Below are positions 35,319 through 44,525 of a stretch of 44,525 bases of DNA, piece after piece; position 1 is the stretch's first letter, and each line of letters begins with the position of its first letter. Origin of the DNA: a virus (taxonomy: Duplodnaviria > Caudoviricetes); the IMG/VR virus record IMGVR_UViG_3300006127_000025, positions 1 through 44,525 of that record; one strand, 5' to 3'. The translations under genes and the position numbers were made by a program. The notes below the pieces were generated by a model that saw only the letters and a list, made by a program, of their open reading frames with translations, was not told the origin of the DNA and ran no database searches.

Positions 35319-38300
35319 TTAGTTTGTGGTATTAACGTTAGAAGGAAGAGCAATCGCTTGTAAACTTGTTGCAAAAGGAACAGCAGTTTTATCTATTGTT
35401 GTTAATACAACTTTGATAGCAAATTGACTAAAGTTTGTATATGTTTGTCCGTTTGAAGAAACATAACTTACATAACCTTGGTCTGTACCATTTGTACCTG
35501 GTGCGAATGTAAAGTCTATCAAATCTGATCTTGATTGTGAGTATGCTGTGTCTGAACTATTAGTCTTAGTCATTAACTGCCAGTTACCACTCTCAAATGT
35601 TTGTGTATCGTTACGACTTAAAATTTTGTAATATACGTTGATATCTGTATTAACAGGACGATAAGCAGTTACAGTCACATTCAAGTCACCAGAATCGTTT
35701 CCTGGTGCTAAAACAACCTTCTTAGTAACGTACTTAGCAAGCGCAGGACCGCCAAAGGATGAAGTTTCTCCTGTGATATTGGCAGTTGCCATTGATGTGT
35801 TTGCACCAGTAATGGTAATTGTTGGTGTAGTTAAGTAACCTTGACCACCATTTGTTAAGTAGATTGAAGTTACGTTACCACTCACCACGTTTGCCACAGC
35901 AGTTGCTTGAACACCATTCTTACCTGTAGGTGCTGAGATTGTTACAGTTGTATTGGAGTTACTATAACCACCGCCACCAGAAATTAAGTTTATCAAGTTA
36001 TTTGATAAACTAAGGTTGTTGATATTCCAGTTAATTGCAAATGTTGATAATCCAGCATCAGAAAGAATAGGACTTACATATTGGTCAGTTGATGATAATG
36101 TTGCGTTAACAATAAATGATGTGTTGGAGTTAGCAACTAACATTCGTTCACCGTTACCATCATTCAAGTAGATATTATCTGGTGTAGATGTACCATATTT
36201 ACCTGGTGTGATATTTGTGAAACCGGTCATTGAACCTGTTGCCAATGTAGCATTATATTGATACTGAATACCAGTGGTTGTTGGAACAAAATCTGTTGTT
36301 GTTACGTTGAAAGCATCAACCAAATAATTTGTTGTAGAAATGGTTGTTACAGTATTTGGAACACTATTGGCATTATTGAAATAATTCAATAATTGGTCAA
36401 TTAATGAACGTTTTGGTAACTTATTAGGTACAATAAACTCAACAGTTGGACTAACAGAAGTATTGAATACACAATTATCCATTACAAACATTAAGTCTTG
36501 GTTTTGGTCGGCAGTCCAAGTTTGTGAGTTTTGTGATAAAAACAAAGCGCCAATGTAAGGTGCTGAACCAATCTTAGTAATTACAGAAGGATTAGCATCT
36601 GTTGGTTTATTCTTAACAGAACTTGATAAGGCAATATCACCAGCCGCTGCTGTCCAAGCATTATATTCATCAGAATTTGATTTCAGAATAAAGGCATACA
36701 ATGTATTTGGTTGAATATAAACCGGAGCAGCAAATTGAAAACTTGTATAAGCTGTTGGATCCAAAAACTGTGGAGTTGAAGATACATTAACTTGGTCTGG
36801 TGTCAATGTAACAATAGAGTGGTCTAATGTTGAACCATTTGGATAACCATTTAATGTACCAACAATCGACAATGTGATTGGTGAGTTATCTGAAGGTTTA
36901 GTTTTAAAGAATACTTTAATAGCATTTAAGAACAAACCATTTGGATAGTTATCAGACGAAATTTCAAATGTTTGTGCTACAGGGTCATAAGGACTGTAAG
37001 TCTTAACAATATTTGTTTGAGTTTGTTGATTTGTTTGTGTAAATGTATTCTTAGCGCCAGCAGGTGAAGCACCAAAGTCAACAGATTGTGAAGTTGTTTG
37101 TAAACCTTCAGCATAGAATGTTGCTTGAGCATATGTTGTCCAAGAATTGGCATTAAAGTTGCTACCATTATCTAATTGTAATACTCTTTGGCCAGTATGG
37201 AACACACCAGCAGGAATATTAAAGATACCATAGAATGAACCATATTCATCAGTATTCATGCTACCGATAGAATATACATCACCTACAGCAGTACCTAAAG
37301 AAGCAGATAATGTTGCTACTTTTGTTGAACCATTGTAAGCAGTAATTGTTGCTGATTGGCCAATTGAAGTACCTGTACTGAAGTAAATTGTATTACCGTT
37401 ATAATAATTATTGGTAGAAGATGCTAAAGGTGAAAGTTGTACAGTATTTGTAGTAGTTGCAAGTACACGACCACCATAATGTTTTTGACTTGCAAATTGA
37501 CCATTGGTAGTTGTTGAAACATAATTACCATTTTGATCAAAGTAAGCATTTTGAATTGACTCACCAACAGTATCACTTGCTGAGTAAGCAGTTGTGTAAG
37601 GATCAGAAGCAACATACAATCTTACATTAGTTGTATTAGGATAATTCTGAATACCAATAATTCTGGCAGTACCAGTAAACACACCAGCAGAATATGTTCC
37701 AATAATATCACCAACTGTGAATTTACCAGAAACATTGGTTAATTCAACTACGTTTGTTTTACGAATGTAGTTTTGAATGTTTTGACCATCAAAAGATGCT
37801 TCTAATTGTGTGTTAAACAATAAGTTTTGTGTAGATATAATAATCTCTTGTGCTTGAATGTATGGCAATACAGAAACGTCTGTAATATAACCATTGTTTA
37901 AAGCATAAGTGTTACCAATGTTATCATAGTTACCTACGATGTTACTTTGTTGTTGTACTTGACTTGAATATGTTGTTGTGGCGGTATATCCAACGATTGA
38001 TCCATAAGGACTTTGTACGTTTGGATTACCATGGTTAACAACAGAAATACTTGATGAATATGATGTGCCAGAAATAGTCTGCCAGTCACCAGCAGACAAT
38101 ACATTGATTGCAGCTGAGTTTGCTTGGAATACTTGTAGGTTAGGATCAGTAATTAACAAAGCAGGAGATTGTTTTGTATCAACCCAATTATCAACGTTTG
38201 GTGTTAAAGACATTACACCTTGTTCTGTAACATAAGCAAATGGATTTACATTAACCGTTCTAGAAGCAAATTGTTGAACAACAGCATTAGCAGTTGTAAA

Positions 38301-41300
38301 TGGTAATGAGAAGTAGTTAATTAAACCATCAGAACCAATGTTGTAACCTAATGTATTGTTTTGGTCAGCAGCAGAAAGACCCATATTATAAGCAAGTGCC
38401 AATGATTTCAATGGATAATTGTTTACACGTTGTAAAGCAGTCATTTGATTGGTACGTTTATTGATAGATACAGCATAGTCAGGGTTTGCTGTATCAGCAG
38501 TAGCATAACTAGAGAAGTCATCTACCATAATACCATTTTTGAATCTGTTTAAACCATATGCGTCAGAAATTTGTAATGACTGAGCATTTTGTTCCAATAA
38601 ACTTAATGCGGTGTAGTATTCTACATTACTGATACGAGTGTCTAAGGCACCAATATCTGCCATTGTGTAACGTTTGTGTTGAACACCGACAACAGATAAG
38701 TCTGAAACAAATCCAGGAGGTGCTTCAGATGGAATATAACCTGTATATGGATTGTGTGTGAGTTGAGCAAGTACCAATGAACCATCTGGTGTAGCAGGCA
38801 GTATTGGGTTAATTGCTGGAGAACCTTCAATAATTTGGAAAGTTCTATCTTTGCTTAATACCAATTGGTCTTTACGTCCCAAATAGTATGAGTAATTTGT
38901 TTCAAACAATGTTGAATCAACAGGAATTAATACACCTTGTGTTGATGAAGAATTTGAATAGCGGAATACAAATGCTGATTGAGCATTTAAACGAGCAGGT
39001 CTAAAGTCTACACAATCTCTGAGAGCATATAATGTACCATGTGTACTTGTGTATTTTGGAATTGATTGATATTTTTCTGGACTTGATGATACACCAGCAG
39101 AGATATATGATTGTACAGAGAAGTAACCATCACCACCAGTATGTTGATAGTAGTTTAATAATACTAATAAGTTACCAGCAGGTTGTGGAGCACCAGGAAG
39201 TAATGTAATACTAGCATGGTCATAATAACCATCACGTTGTCCGTTATCTAACACATAATGTGAAGTAACATCGTAAGGTGAACTTGCGCCCAACATAGAA
39301 ACTGTTGGTGTAATAGATGGATTACCTGTATCAATAATTTGTACAATGTTCTTAACGTCAGATAGATACAAACTTTGTTTTTGACCAGGAGTTACCAAAC
39401 CAGCATTTTGAATATAAACTTGTCCTGTTGAAGAAAGTGATGCAATAGGATTGTAAGTTGTATTATCAACGTGTGTGTAGGTATTAACGTTTGTTCCATT
39501 AATATTAACAGTTGATGTGTTGGCATTAATTAAATTCTTACCTTTAAGAATATAACCAGTACTGTCACCGTTTTCAACAAACACGGTAGCAAGAATTGTA
39601 GCAGTAAATGCTGTTAAGTCTGGGAAAGCAATAGTGGCAATAGTTGCAGTACTGTCTAAAGAAATATTTCTTGGGCCAGTTACAACAGAAAGAATATCAC
39701 CTACGTTTACGTTAGCATTTGCACCTTTGTTTGTAACTACAATAGTGTAATTTTGTTTTGCTAATGAAGCAGGGATTGTTGTACTTGGTGTACCAAAATG
39801 ACGAATTGTGTTGTTATATGAAGAATAGTTTAACTGAGCAGATACACCAGAACCAGCAGCAGTGAAAGATACGTTTCTCCACTCTTGTTGTGTTGTATAT
39901 GAAGTATTAACTAAAGAAGCAACATATGGATTACCAACTTGAAAAATTAATTCAGGTGAACCTGCGTTCTCCAGTAGTGTATTGTTAAAAGCATCAAATC
40001 CAGTTGAATTCATATTTGCAGTACCATCAATTGTTGCTGGATATGATGATTTTGATGCAGCTATAATTGAATTGGCTTGTGCAATTTGATAATTGATTGC
40101 AAATACAGAAGTGGTATCTGGAGTTGTTGTCCAGTTTTGATTAACTGTTGCAACTTTTGTTGAACCGTTATAAGAAGTAATTGTTCTAAAATCACCAGCA
40201 TCTGTACCAGAATTGATAGAAATTGTTGCTCCAATATAAGCAGCATTAGATGATGAAAAATAACTAGGAAAAGTAATTGTATTTGTTGTGGCAGTTACAG
40301 CATGGTCGCTCGGAGTATTCAACTGTAAATTATTAACAAACATCTTGTAAACATAAGTGTTTGCAACCGCATCATTGGTGTTGTGGTCATATGATAATGA
40401 ACGAACATTGGCAGTTGCCACAACAGTAGCATTATATGCTAAAGCAGAAGATACGTTTACGGATGCTGCTGGAACATCGTGTAAGTCAATGTTTTGTTGT
40501 GTGGTAGTATCAAAGAATGTACCATTAGCACCATGAACTGTATCAACATAGAAATAATTACCATATGATAAGAACGTTGGATTATTAGTCTGTGAAGCCG
40601 TTGTTCTAGCACGGTCAGTAACCAAATCTACATTGGTTGTACTTTCAACACGATATCCATGAACATATGCCAAACCTTTACCAACACTCATAACATAAGT
40701 GTTATTTGAAGAATCGTTTGTGTTAGTCTTTGGTGTTAATTTAAAGTTATTAACAACATAGTCACCATTAGTTTCATAATCACGTTTAGCAAAGTAATCA
40801 TCAATAACTGAATATACAGAACCATCTACCAATTTGGCAACGTTACCATTAGTAATACGAACTAATTCAATAAATCCATCATCATCACCAAATGTTAATG
40901 GACGTGTTTCTAATGCCAATGTAATCTGATAACGGTCAGCACCTGGTGCCTGATAGTTAGAAGCACCAACAGCAGGGTCTAATAAAGAAGCATCATTAAT
41001 ATAATCGTGAATTGTTTCAGTAATATTTAAACCAACACGCAAATTAGGAGTAGAATCGTACTTATCTAAAATAATTGTTTGTGGGTTAACTTGAACAAAA
41101 TTACCACTTGAAATGGTTTCACCAGAAGCATTGATGTAACTACCAGAAATGTAGAATACACCTTGCGCAATAGATGCTACAGAACTTGTACCTGTGGCAT
41201 TTGTTGCTTGTGCTTGGCACACTAGGTTGTTTAATGTTCCAAAAATGATTGAACCATTAGTGAATTGTCCACCTGATTTATAAGTTACAATTAATGTTGG

Positions 41301-41666
41301 TGGTTCACCGTTGCCGGCAGTACCAGTAGCAACGGCAACAGCAATAACTTTAGCAGTAATTGTACCAGTTGCGTCTTGAATTAACTCACCGAGAAACTGG
41401 TTAACGTCAACCAAAGCACCATTATACGTTGGTTGCAATTGAATGTAAGAACAATTTAAATTGATTGTTACTTGTCCGCCAGTAACAGGAGAATTAGAGG
41501 CAAAAATGTTATCAGCAAAGTTAGTAATTTGATTCTGAAGAATTGATTGCGATTGAGTTAATTCTCGTGCTTGTACAGCATAACCTGGTTTAAATAGAAC
41601 ACGGTAATAATTTTTTGCCGGATCAAAATCATCATAATAGGGGCTGACGTTAAAATTCAGAGACAT
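35319..41666 (-). CDS. Large virion structural protein (DUF4815-like)
   Basis: FNVSPYYDDFD..KNYYRVLFKPG.AVQARELTQ.Q, APGADRY, RI.N.EYYT.LSLLE, RFKNG..VD.F and DPVAQTF motifs of the giant protein that follows gp8 in cyanophage-type T4-likes. Confidence 0.85.
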   Translation of the reverse strand: MSLNFNVSPYYDDFDPAKNYYRVLFKPGYAVQARELTQSQSILQNQITNFADNIFASNSPVTGGQVTINLNCSYIQLQPTYNGALVDVNQFLGELIQDATGTITAKVIAVAVATGTAGNGEPPTLIVTYKSGGQFTNGSIIFGTLNNLVCQAQATNATGTSSVASIAQGVFYISGSYINASGETISSGNFVQVNPQTIILDKYDSTPNLRVGLNITETIHDYINDASLLDPAVGASNYQAPGADRYQITLALETRPLTFGDDDGFIELVRITNGNVAKLVDGSVYSVIDDYFAKRDYETNGDYVVNNFKLTPKTNTNDSSNNTYVMSVGKGLAYVHGYRVESTTNVDLVTDRARTTASQTNNPTFLSYGNYFYVDTVHGANGTFFDTTTQQNIDLHDVPAASVNVSSALAYNATVVATANVRSLSYDHNTNDAVANTYVYKMFVNNLQLNTPSDHAVTATTNTITFPSYFSSSNAAYIGATISINSGTDAGDFRTITSYNGSTKVATVNQNWTTTPDTTSVFAINYQIAQANSIIAASKSSYPATIDGTANMNSTGFDAFNNTLLENAGSPELIFQVGNPYVASLVNTSYTTQQEWRNVSFTAAGSGVSAQLNYSSYNNTIRHFGTPSTTIPASLAKQNYTIVVTNKGANANVNVGDILSVVTGPRNISLDSTATIATIAFPDLTAFTATILATVFVENGDSTGYILKGKNLINANTSTVNINGTNVNTYTHVDNTTYNPIASLSSTGQVYIQNAGLVTPGQKQSLYLSDVKNIVQIIDTGNPSITPTVSMLGASSPYDVTSHYVLDNGQRDGYYDHASITLLPGAPQPAGNLLVLLNYYQHTGGDGYFSVQSYISAGVSSSPEKYQSIPKYTSTHGTLYALRDCVDFRPARLNAQSAFVFRYSNSSSTQGVLIPVDSTLFETNYSYYLGRKDQLVLSKDRTFQIIEGSPAINPILPATPDGSLVLAQLTHNPYTGYIPSEAPPGFVSDLSVVGVQHKRYTMADIGALDTRISNVEYYTALSLLEQNAQSLQISDAYGLNRFKNGIMVDDFSSYATADTANPDYAVSINKRTNQMTALQRVNNYPLKSLALAYNMGLSAADQNNTLGYNIGSDGLINYFSLPFTTANAVVQQFASRTVNVNPFAYVTEQGVMSLTPNVDNWVDTKQSPALLITDPNLQVFQANSAAINVLSAGDWQTISGTSYSSSISVVNHGNPNVQSPYGSIVGYTATTTYSSQVQQQSNIVGNYDNIGNTYALNNGYITDVSVLPYIQAQEIIISTQNLLFNTQLEASFDGQNIQNYIRKTNVVELTNVSGKFTVGDIIGTYSAGVFTGTARIIGIQNYPNTTNVRLYVASDPYTTAYSASDTVGESIQNAYFDQNGNYVSTTTNGQFASQKHYGGRVLATTTNTVQLSPLASSTNNYYNGNTIYFSTGTSIGQSATITAYNGSTKVATLSASLGTAVGDVYSIGSMNTDEYGSFYGIFNIPAGVFHTGQRVLQLDNGSNFNANSWTTYAQATFYAEGLQTTSQSVDFGASPAGAKNTFTQTNQQTQTNIVKTYSPYDPVAQTFEISSDNYPNGLFLNAIKVFFKTKPSDNSPITLSIVGTLNGYPNGSTLDHSIVTLTPDQVNVSSTPQFLDPTAYTSFQFAAPVYIQPNTLYAFILKSNSDEYNAWTAAAGDIALSSSVKNKPTDANPSVITKIGSAPYIGALFLSQNSQTWTADQNQDLMFVMDNCVFNTSVSPTVEFIVPNKLPKRSLIDQLLNYFNNANSVPNTVTTISTTNYLVDAFNVTTTDFVPTTTGIQYQYNATLATGSMTGFTNITPGKYGTSTPDNIYLNDGNGERMLVANSNTSFIVNATLSSTDQYVSPILSDAGLSTFAINWNINNLSLSNNLINLISGGGGYSNSNTTVTISAPTGKNGVQATAVANVVSGNVTSIYLTNGGQGYLTTPTITITGANTSMATANITGETSSFGGPALAKYVTKKVVLAPGNDSGDLNVTVTAYRPVNTDINVYYKILSRNDTQTFESGNWQLMTKTNSSDTAYSQSRSDLIDFTFAPGTNGTDQGYVSYVSSNGQTYTNFSQFAIKVVLTTIDKTAVPFATSLQAIALPSNVNTTN

Positions 41667-41675
41667 TTTTTTCCT

Positions 41676-43049
41676 TTAAAATCCTAAGACAAATTTATAT
41701 TGTTCAATACCATCAGAACTTCTTTGTACACCTGTTCTATTTTCAATAACAGTCATATAACCAGAGAATGGTACAAAGTCTGGAGTGCTAACAGATAATA
41801 ATGTTCTTGCTGTTTTTGATGTATTTCCTACAACAGTAGCATTAAGTGTTGGAGTTCCTGTTATATTTATGATGCTTATAACATTGGTTGCTGGATTAAA
41901 ACTTAAAACGGTTCCAACATATGATGCTGTTTCTAAAGAAGCGCCTTGATATACCAACTCATCAGAAATATAAGAACCAAAACCTGGAGAAACAATTAAG
42001 TCAGTTGAAACTTTATAAATGGAACTGTTGGCTGGATTTGGAAAAGTTCTTAATGATGTAGGATTAACTACAATACCAATTTGGCGATAATCGATATCTG
42101 TTGGAATAATACCACCTTCTGAGCCATTAAACTCACAGGTAATCATGGTATGGCTGCATCCTAATTCTGATACAGGATCAAACCCGTGGCCACCAATCGG
42201 AGACACATGGGAATCGAGTACGGCGCCACTTCCAATAGCACTTACTACATCGATAGTATAATTTGAATAATTTGAACCTGGATTGGTTACAACAACATCG
42301 GTAATTACTCCATTTTGAATTACAGGAGTACCTGCAGCACCAGTACCAATACCAGAAGTTGTGGTAACTACAACATCTACCACAGCATTTGCTGGATCAT
42401 ATCCAGAACCACCATTTATCACGTTAATTACTTCAATATCACCAATACCAGCTGCTGTTGATAATGGATTTGGTGTGTTGTATCCGATAGGAACTGGCAT
42501 CCAACCAGCATCCATAAAGGTCTTTTTAGAACCTACGTCAATCGTATACATGTATTTCCATTTGTAACCATCAGTACCAATATAGATATTATCTGTTCCG
42601 TAACTTCCTGGTTGGAAGAATGGTTCTACTGTGGACAAAGCACCATTATTATTCCAAAGGCACTTGAATACTTGGTCGTAACGATTTCTTACATAAAAAA
42701 GATTCAACAATAAACCGTTTTGGTCCAAAGCAAACATATCGATATTATCTTGATAATACTGATAAACAACATTTGATTGCCAATCGATACGCTGGATTAC
42801 TGGAGAAATTTGATTTGAAGATACTTGTTTTGCCACAAACATATTAGCAAAAACAGATTTAATATATCTTTGGTCTTGAGTTGGTACAGGTGGAACATTA
42901 TCATCTGGCCAAGAATCAACCCTAGAAAGAAAAACATAGAGTGTTGAGATTGCTTGGTTTGTAACCGGCAGCACGGATACAGGAGCAAAGTAAGATTGCT
43001 CTACTTGAGATACTTTTGCTGCGTATGTTAAAAGGTCTTGATTTGCCAT
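41676..43049 (-). CDS. gp8: Baseplate wedge subunit
   Basis: VFKCL.N, DGYKWKYMYTI, P.GGHGFD...ELG, DYRQIG...NP and ENR..V.R...E.YK.VL.F motifs. Confidence 0.9.
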   Translation of the reverse strand: MANQDLLTYAAKVSQVEQSYFAPVSVLPVTNQAISTLYVFLSRVDSWPDDNVPPVPTQDQRYIKSVFANMFVAKQVSSNQISPVIQRIDWQSNVVYQYYQDNIDMFALDQNGLLLNLFYVRNRYDQVFKCLWNNNGALSTVEPFFQPGSYGTDNIYIGTDGYKWKYMYTIDVGSKKTFMDAGWMPVPIGYNTPNPLSTAAGIGDIEVINVINGGSGYDPANAVVDVVVTTTSGIGTGAAGTPVIQNGVITDVVVTNPGSNYSNYTIDVVSAIGSGAVLDSHVSPIGGHGFDPVSELGCSHTMITCEFNGSEGGIIPTDIDYRQIGIVVNPTSLRTFPNPANSSIYKVSTDLIVSPGFGSYISDELVYQGASLETASYVGTVLSFNPATNVISIINITGTPTLNATVVGNTSKTARTLLSVSTPDFVPFSGYMTVIENRTGVQRSSDGIEQYKFVLGF

Positions 43050-43056
43050 ATTGATT

Positions 43057-43064
43057 TATTTATC
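43057..43064 (-). promoter_or_regulatory. Late promoter variant GATAAATA 7 nt upstream of the gp8 ATG
   Basis: GATAAATA-AATCAAT-ATG; no SD. Confidence 0.55.
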
Positions 43065-43066
43065 TA

Positions 43067-44524
43067 TTAACCCCAAATAGTTCCATTAGGACCGGTGGTT
43101 TGTGTGTACCAAATTTGTGCAGCACCTGATGTATAGTCTGCATTACACCAATATAACCTTACTCCATTACCAATTGCATTACCGGCATCCAAGAACATCA
43201 TACCTTTTTTATCTCCGGCAGAACCATTTGGATATGTAGGAGTAAAATCTATCCATGAGATAGCATATGCATGCTTAGAAACACCAGTATTTGATACTTG
43301 AATACGGCTATTGGCCATATCAATAATGGTGTTTGGTTGTGTGTAATTATTAGTACCAAATGAAACTGTATTGGATGCAATAGATACTACGTTTGCATAC
43401 ACGGTATTTGAACCAACACGGGTTACACTAAAATTAATTACTGCACCTTTATTTGTATCACTAAAGTTTTCAGCTGCCACAACATCCATTCTAGCAACAC
43501 CTAATGGACTGTATGATGTTGTACCGTATCCATTACCAGAGAATCTCATTAACACATCACCTGCTTGAGCAGCACTTGGTGCTGCAGCAGAACCTCTTGA
43601 TGTACGACCAGCAATCAATCCATAAGCATTACCAGAAGCACTAGCGGAATCTATAACAATTCTTGTTGGAGTATTATCTAAACCAACAATTTGCATCATA
43701 TAACCAGCATTAATAGGTGTCTGTGAAGCGTATGTAGAACTACCAATAATTTTTACTAATGCTGTTTGAGCAGAAAAAGAATTATTATTAATAGTTAAAG
43801 ATCCATTATTATTTCCTAAAATATTAACTTTAAAGAAATTTGCAGTAGATGTTGTATTATTTGCAATTAAATTACCATTAAGGTTTAAATTGTTTAATAT
43901 AATGGTTGATGTATTTTGAACAGCAGTATTAACTTGATTCCAAATAGTTTGAGTTGTTGTGTTTTGTGTTGCACTTACACCCGCTTGGTAAATGGTGTTG
44001 GCAGCTGCTGAGTTTGCCTGAGCAAAGGCTGCTGCAATATTGGCATTAGCAGTAGTTACATAACTTTGTAACAATGCAATATTAGTATTTTGTGTTAAGT
44101 CTACACCTTGAATAATTCCAATTAAAGTATTCTGTGTGGCATCAACACCAACAGTTACGTTTGCCTGAGCATAACCAGAAGCGGCATAGGTGTTAACAGC
44201 AGTAATATTGGTGTTTTGTTGAAGGTTAACACCAGTTTGATATGTTACTGTAGCAGTAGTTGAGTTAGCTAGATTGTAAGCGGCCTGTGCTGAATTAGTT
44301 GCAGCGTTAGCCTGTAGGTAAGCAGCATTAGCTGTTGTTGATACAGTATTGGCTAAGTTATAACCAGACTGAGCAGATGATGTGGCTGCATTGGCTTGAA
44401 GGTAACTAGCATTGGCAGTAGTACTTACAGTATTGGCTAAATTATATACAGACTGTGCTGAAACTGTGGCAGCATTTGCTTGTAAGTATGCTGCGTTAGC
44501 AGTTGTACTAACTGTGTTTGCTAA
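43067..44524 (-). CDS. Ala/Asn repeat fibre-like protein, 5'-truncated by the window end
   Basis: The frame stays open upstream of the ORF-track TTG at 44074 (...VSTTANAAYLQANAATNSAQ...IQGVDLTQNTNIALLQSY...); same repeat as 27373..32196; C-terminal G..GDKKGM..D motif. Confidence 0.8.
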   Translation of the reverse strand, partial: LANTVSTTANAAYLQANAATVSAQSVYNLANTVSTTANASYLQANAATSSAQSGYNLANTVSTTANAAYLQANAATNSAQAAYNLANSTTATVTYQTGVNLQQNTNITAVNTYAASGYAQANVTVGVDATQNTLIGIIQGVDLTQNTNIALLQSYVTTANANIAAAFAQANSAAANTIYQAGVSATQNTTTQTIWNQVNTAVQNTSTIILNNLNLNGNLIANNTTSTANFFKVNILGNNNGSLTINNNSFSAQTALVKIIGSSTYASQTPINAGYMMQIVGLDNTPTRIVIDSASASGNAYGLIAGRTSRGSAAAPSAAQAGDVLMRFSGNGYGTTSYSPLGVARMDVVAAENFSDTNKGAVINFSVTRVGSNTVYANVVSIASNTVSFGTNNYTQPNTIIDMANSRIQVSNTGVSKHAYAISWIDFTPTYPNGSAGDKKGMMFLDAGNAIGNGVRLYWCNADYTSGAAQIWYTQTTGPNGTIWG

Positions 44525-44525
44525 G

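Noticed and set aside
857-43568. Other short plus-strand and alternate-frame ORFs in the track (e.g. 857..1135, 2069..2422, 27896..28282, 30819..31187)
   Set aside because: They lie within or across well-supported genes, show no recognisable motifs, and are explained by codon periodicity.
43067-44074. The 335-aa ORF as a complete gene starting at TTG 44074
   Set aside because: The frame is open to the window edge and continues the repeat protein, so the true start lies outside the window.
1-44525. Stop-codon reassignment
   Set aside because: The standard code gives full-length, densely packed core genes.

Overview
The window is a contiguous late (virion morphogenesis) region of a T4-like myovirus with cyanophage/pelagiphage-type gene order; every convincing gene is on the minus strand. 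In transcription order (right to left) it holds: a partial Ala/Asn coiled-coil repeat fibre, gp8, a 2115-aa DUF4815-like virion protein, then about 21.6 kb of fibre/receptor-binding genes where T4 has gp9-12/wac, then the conserved core gp13-14-15-16-17-18-19-20, small prohead genes, gp21, gp22 and the 5' end of gp23. The most interesting part is the fibre block. It contains a 1607-aa repeat stalk ending in ...AFSIALG, a 112-aa putative adaptor, and six modular fibres in two N-terminal classes. Each fibre has a different tip domain and its own small downstream partner gene, and a 2OG-Fe(II) oxygenase sits in the middle. I infer this may be a branched, cassette-built multi-receptor apparatus. 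Three intergenic regions have candidate RNA structures: an H-type pseudoknot leader, a GGA-loop hairpin leader and an 83-nt multi-stem element. No tRNA, CRISPR, intron, integrase, invertase or reverse transcriptase was seen. All family assignments come from remembered motifs and synteny, not from database searches.
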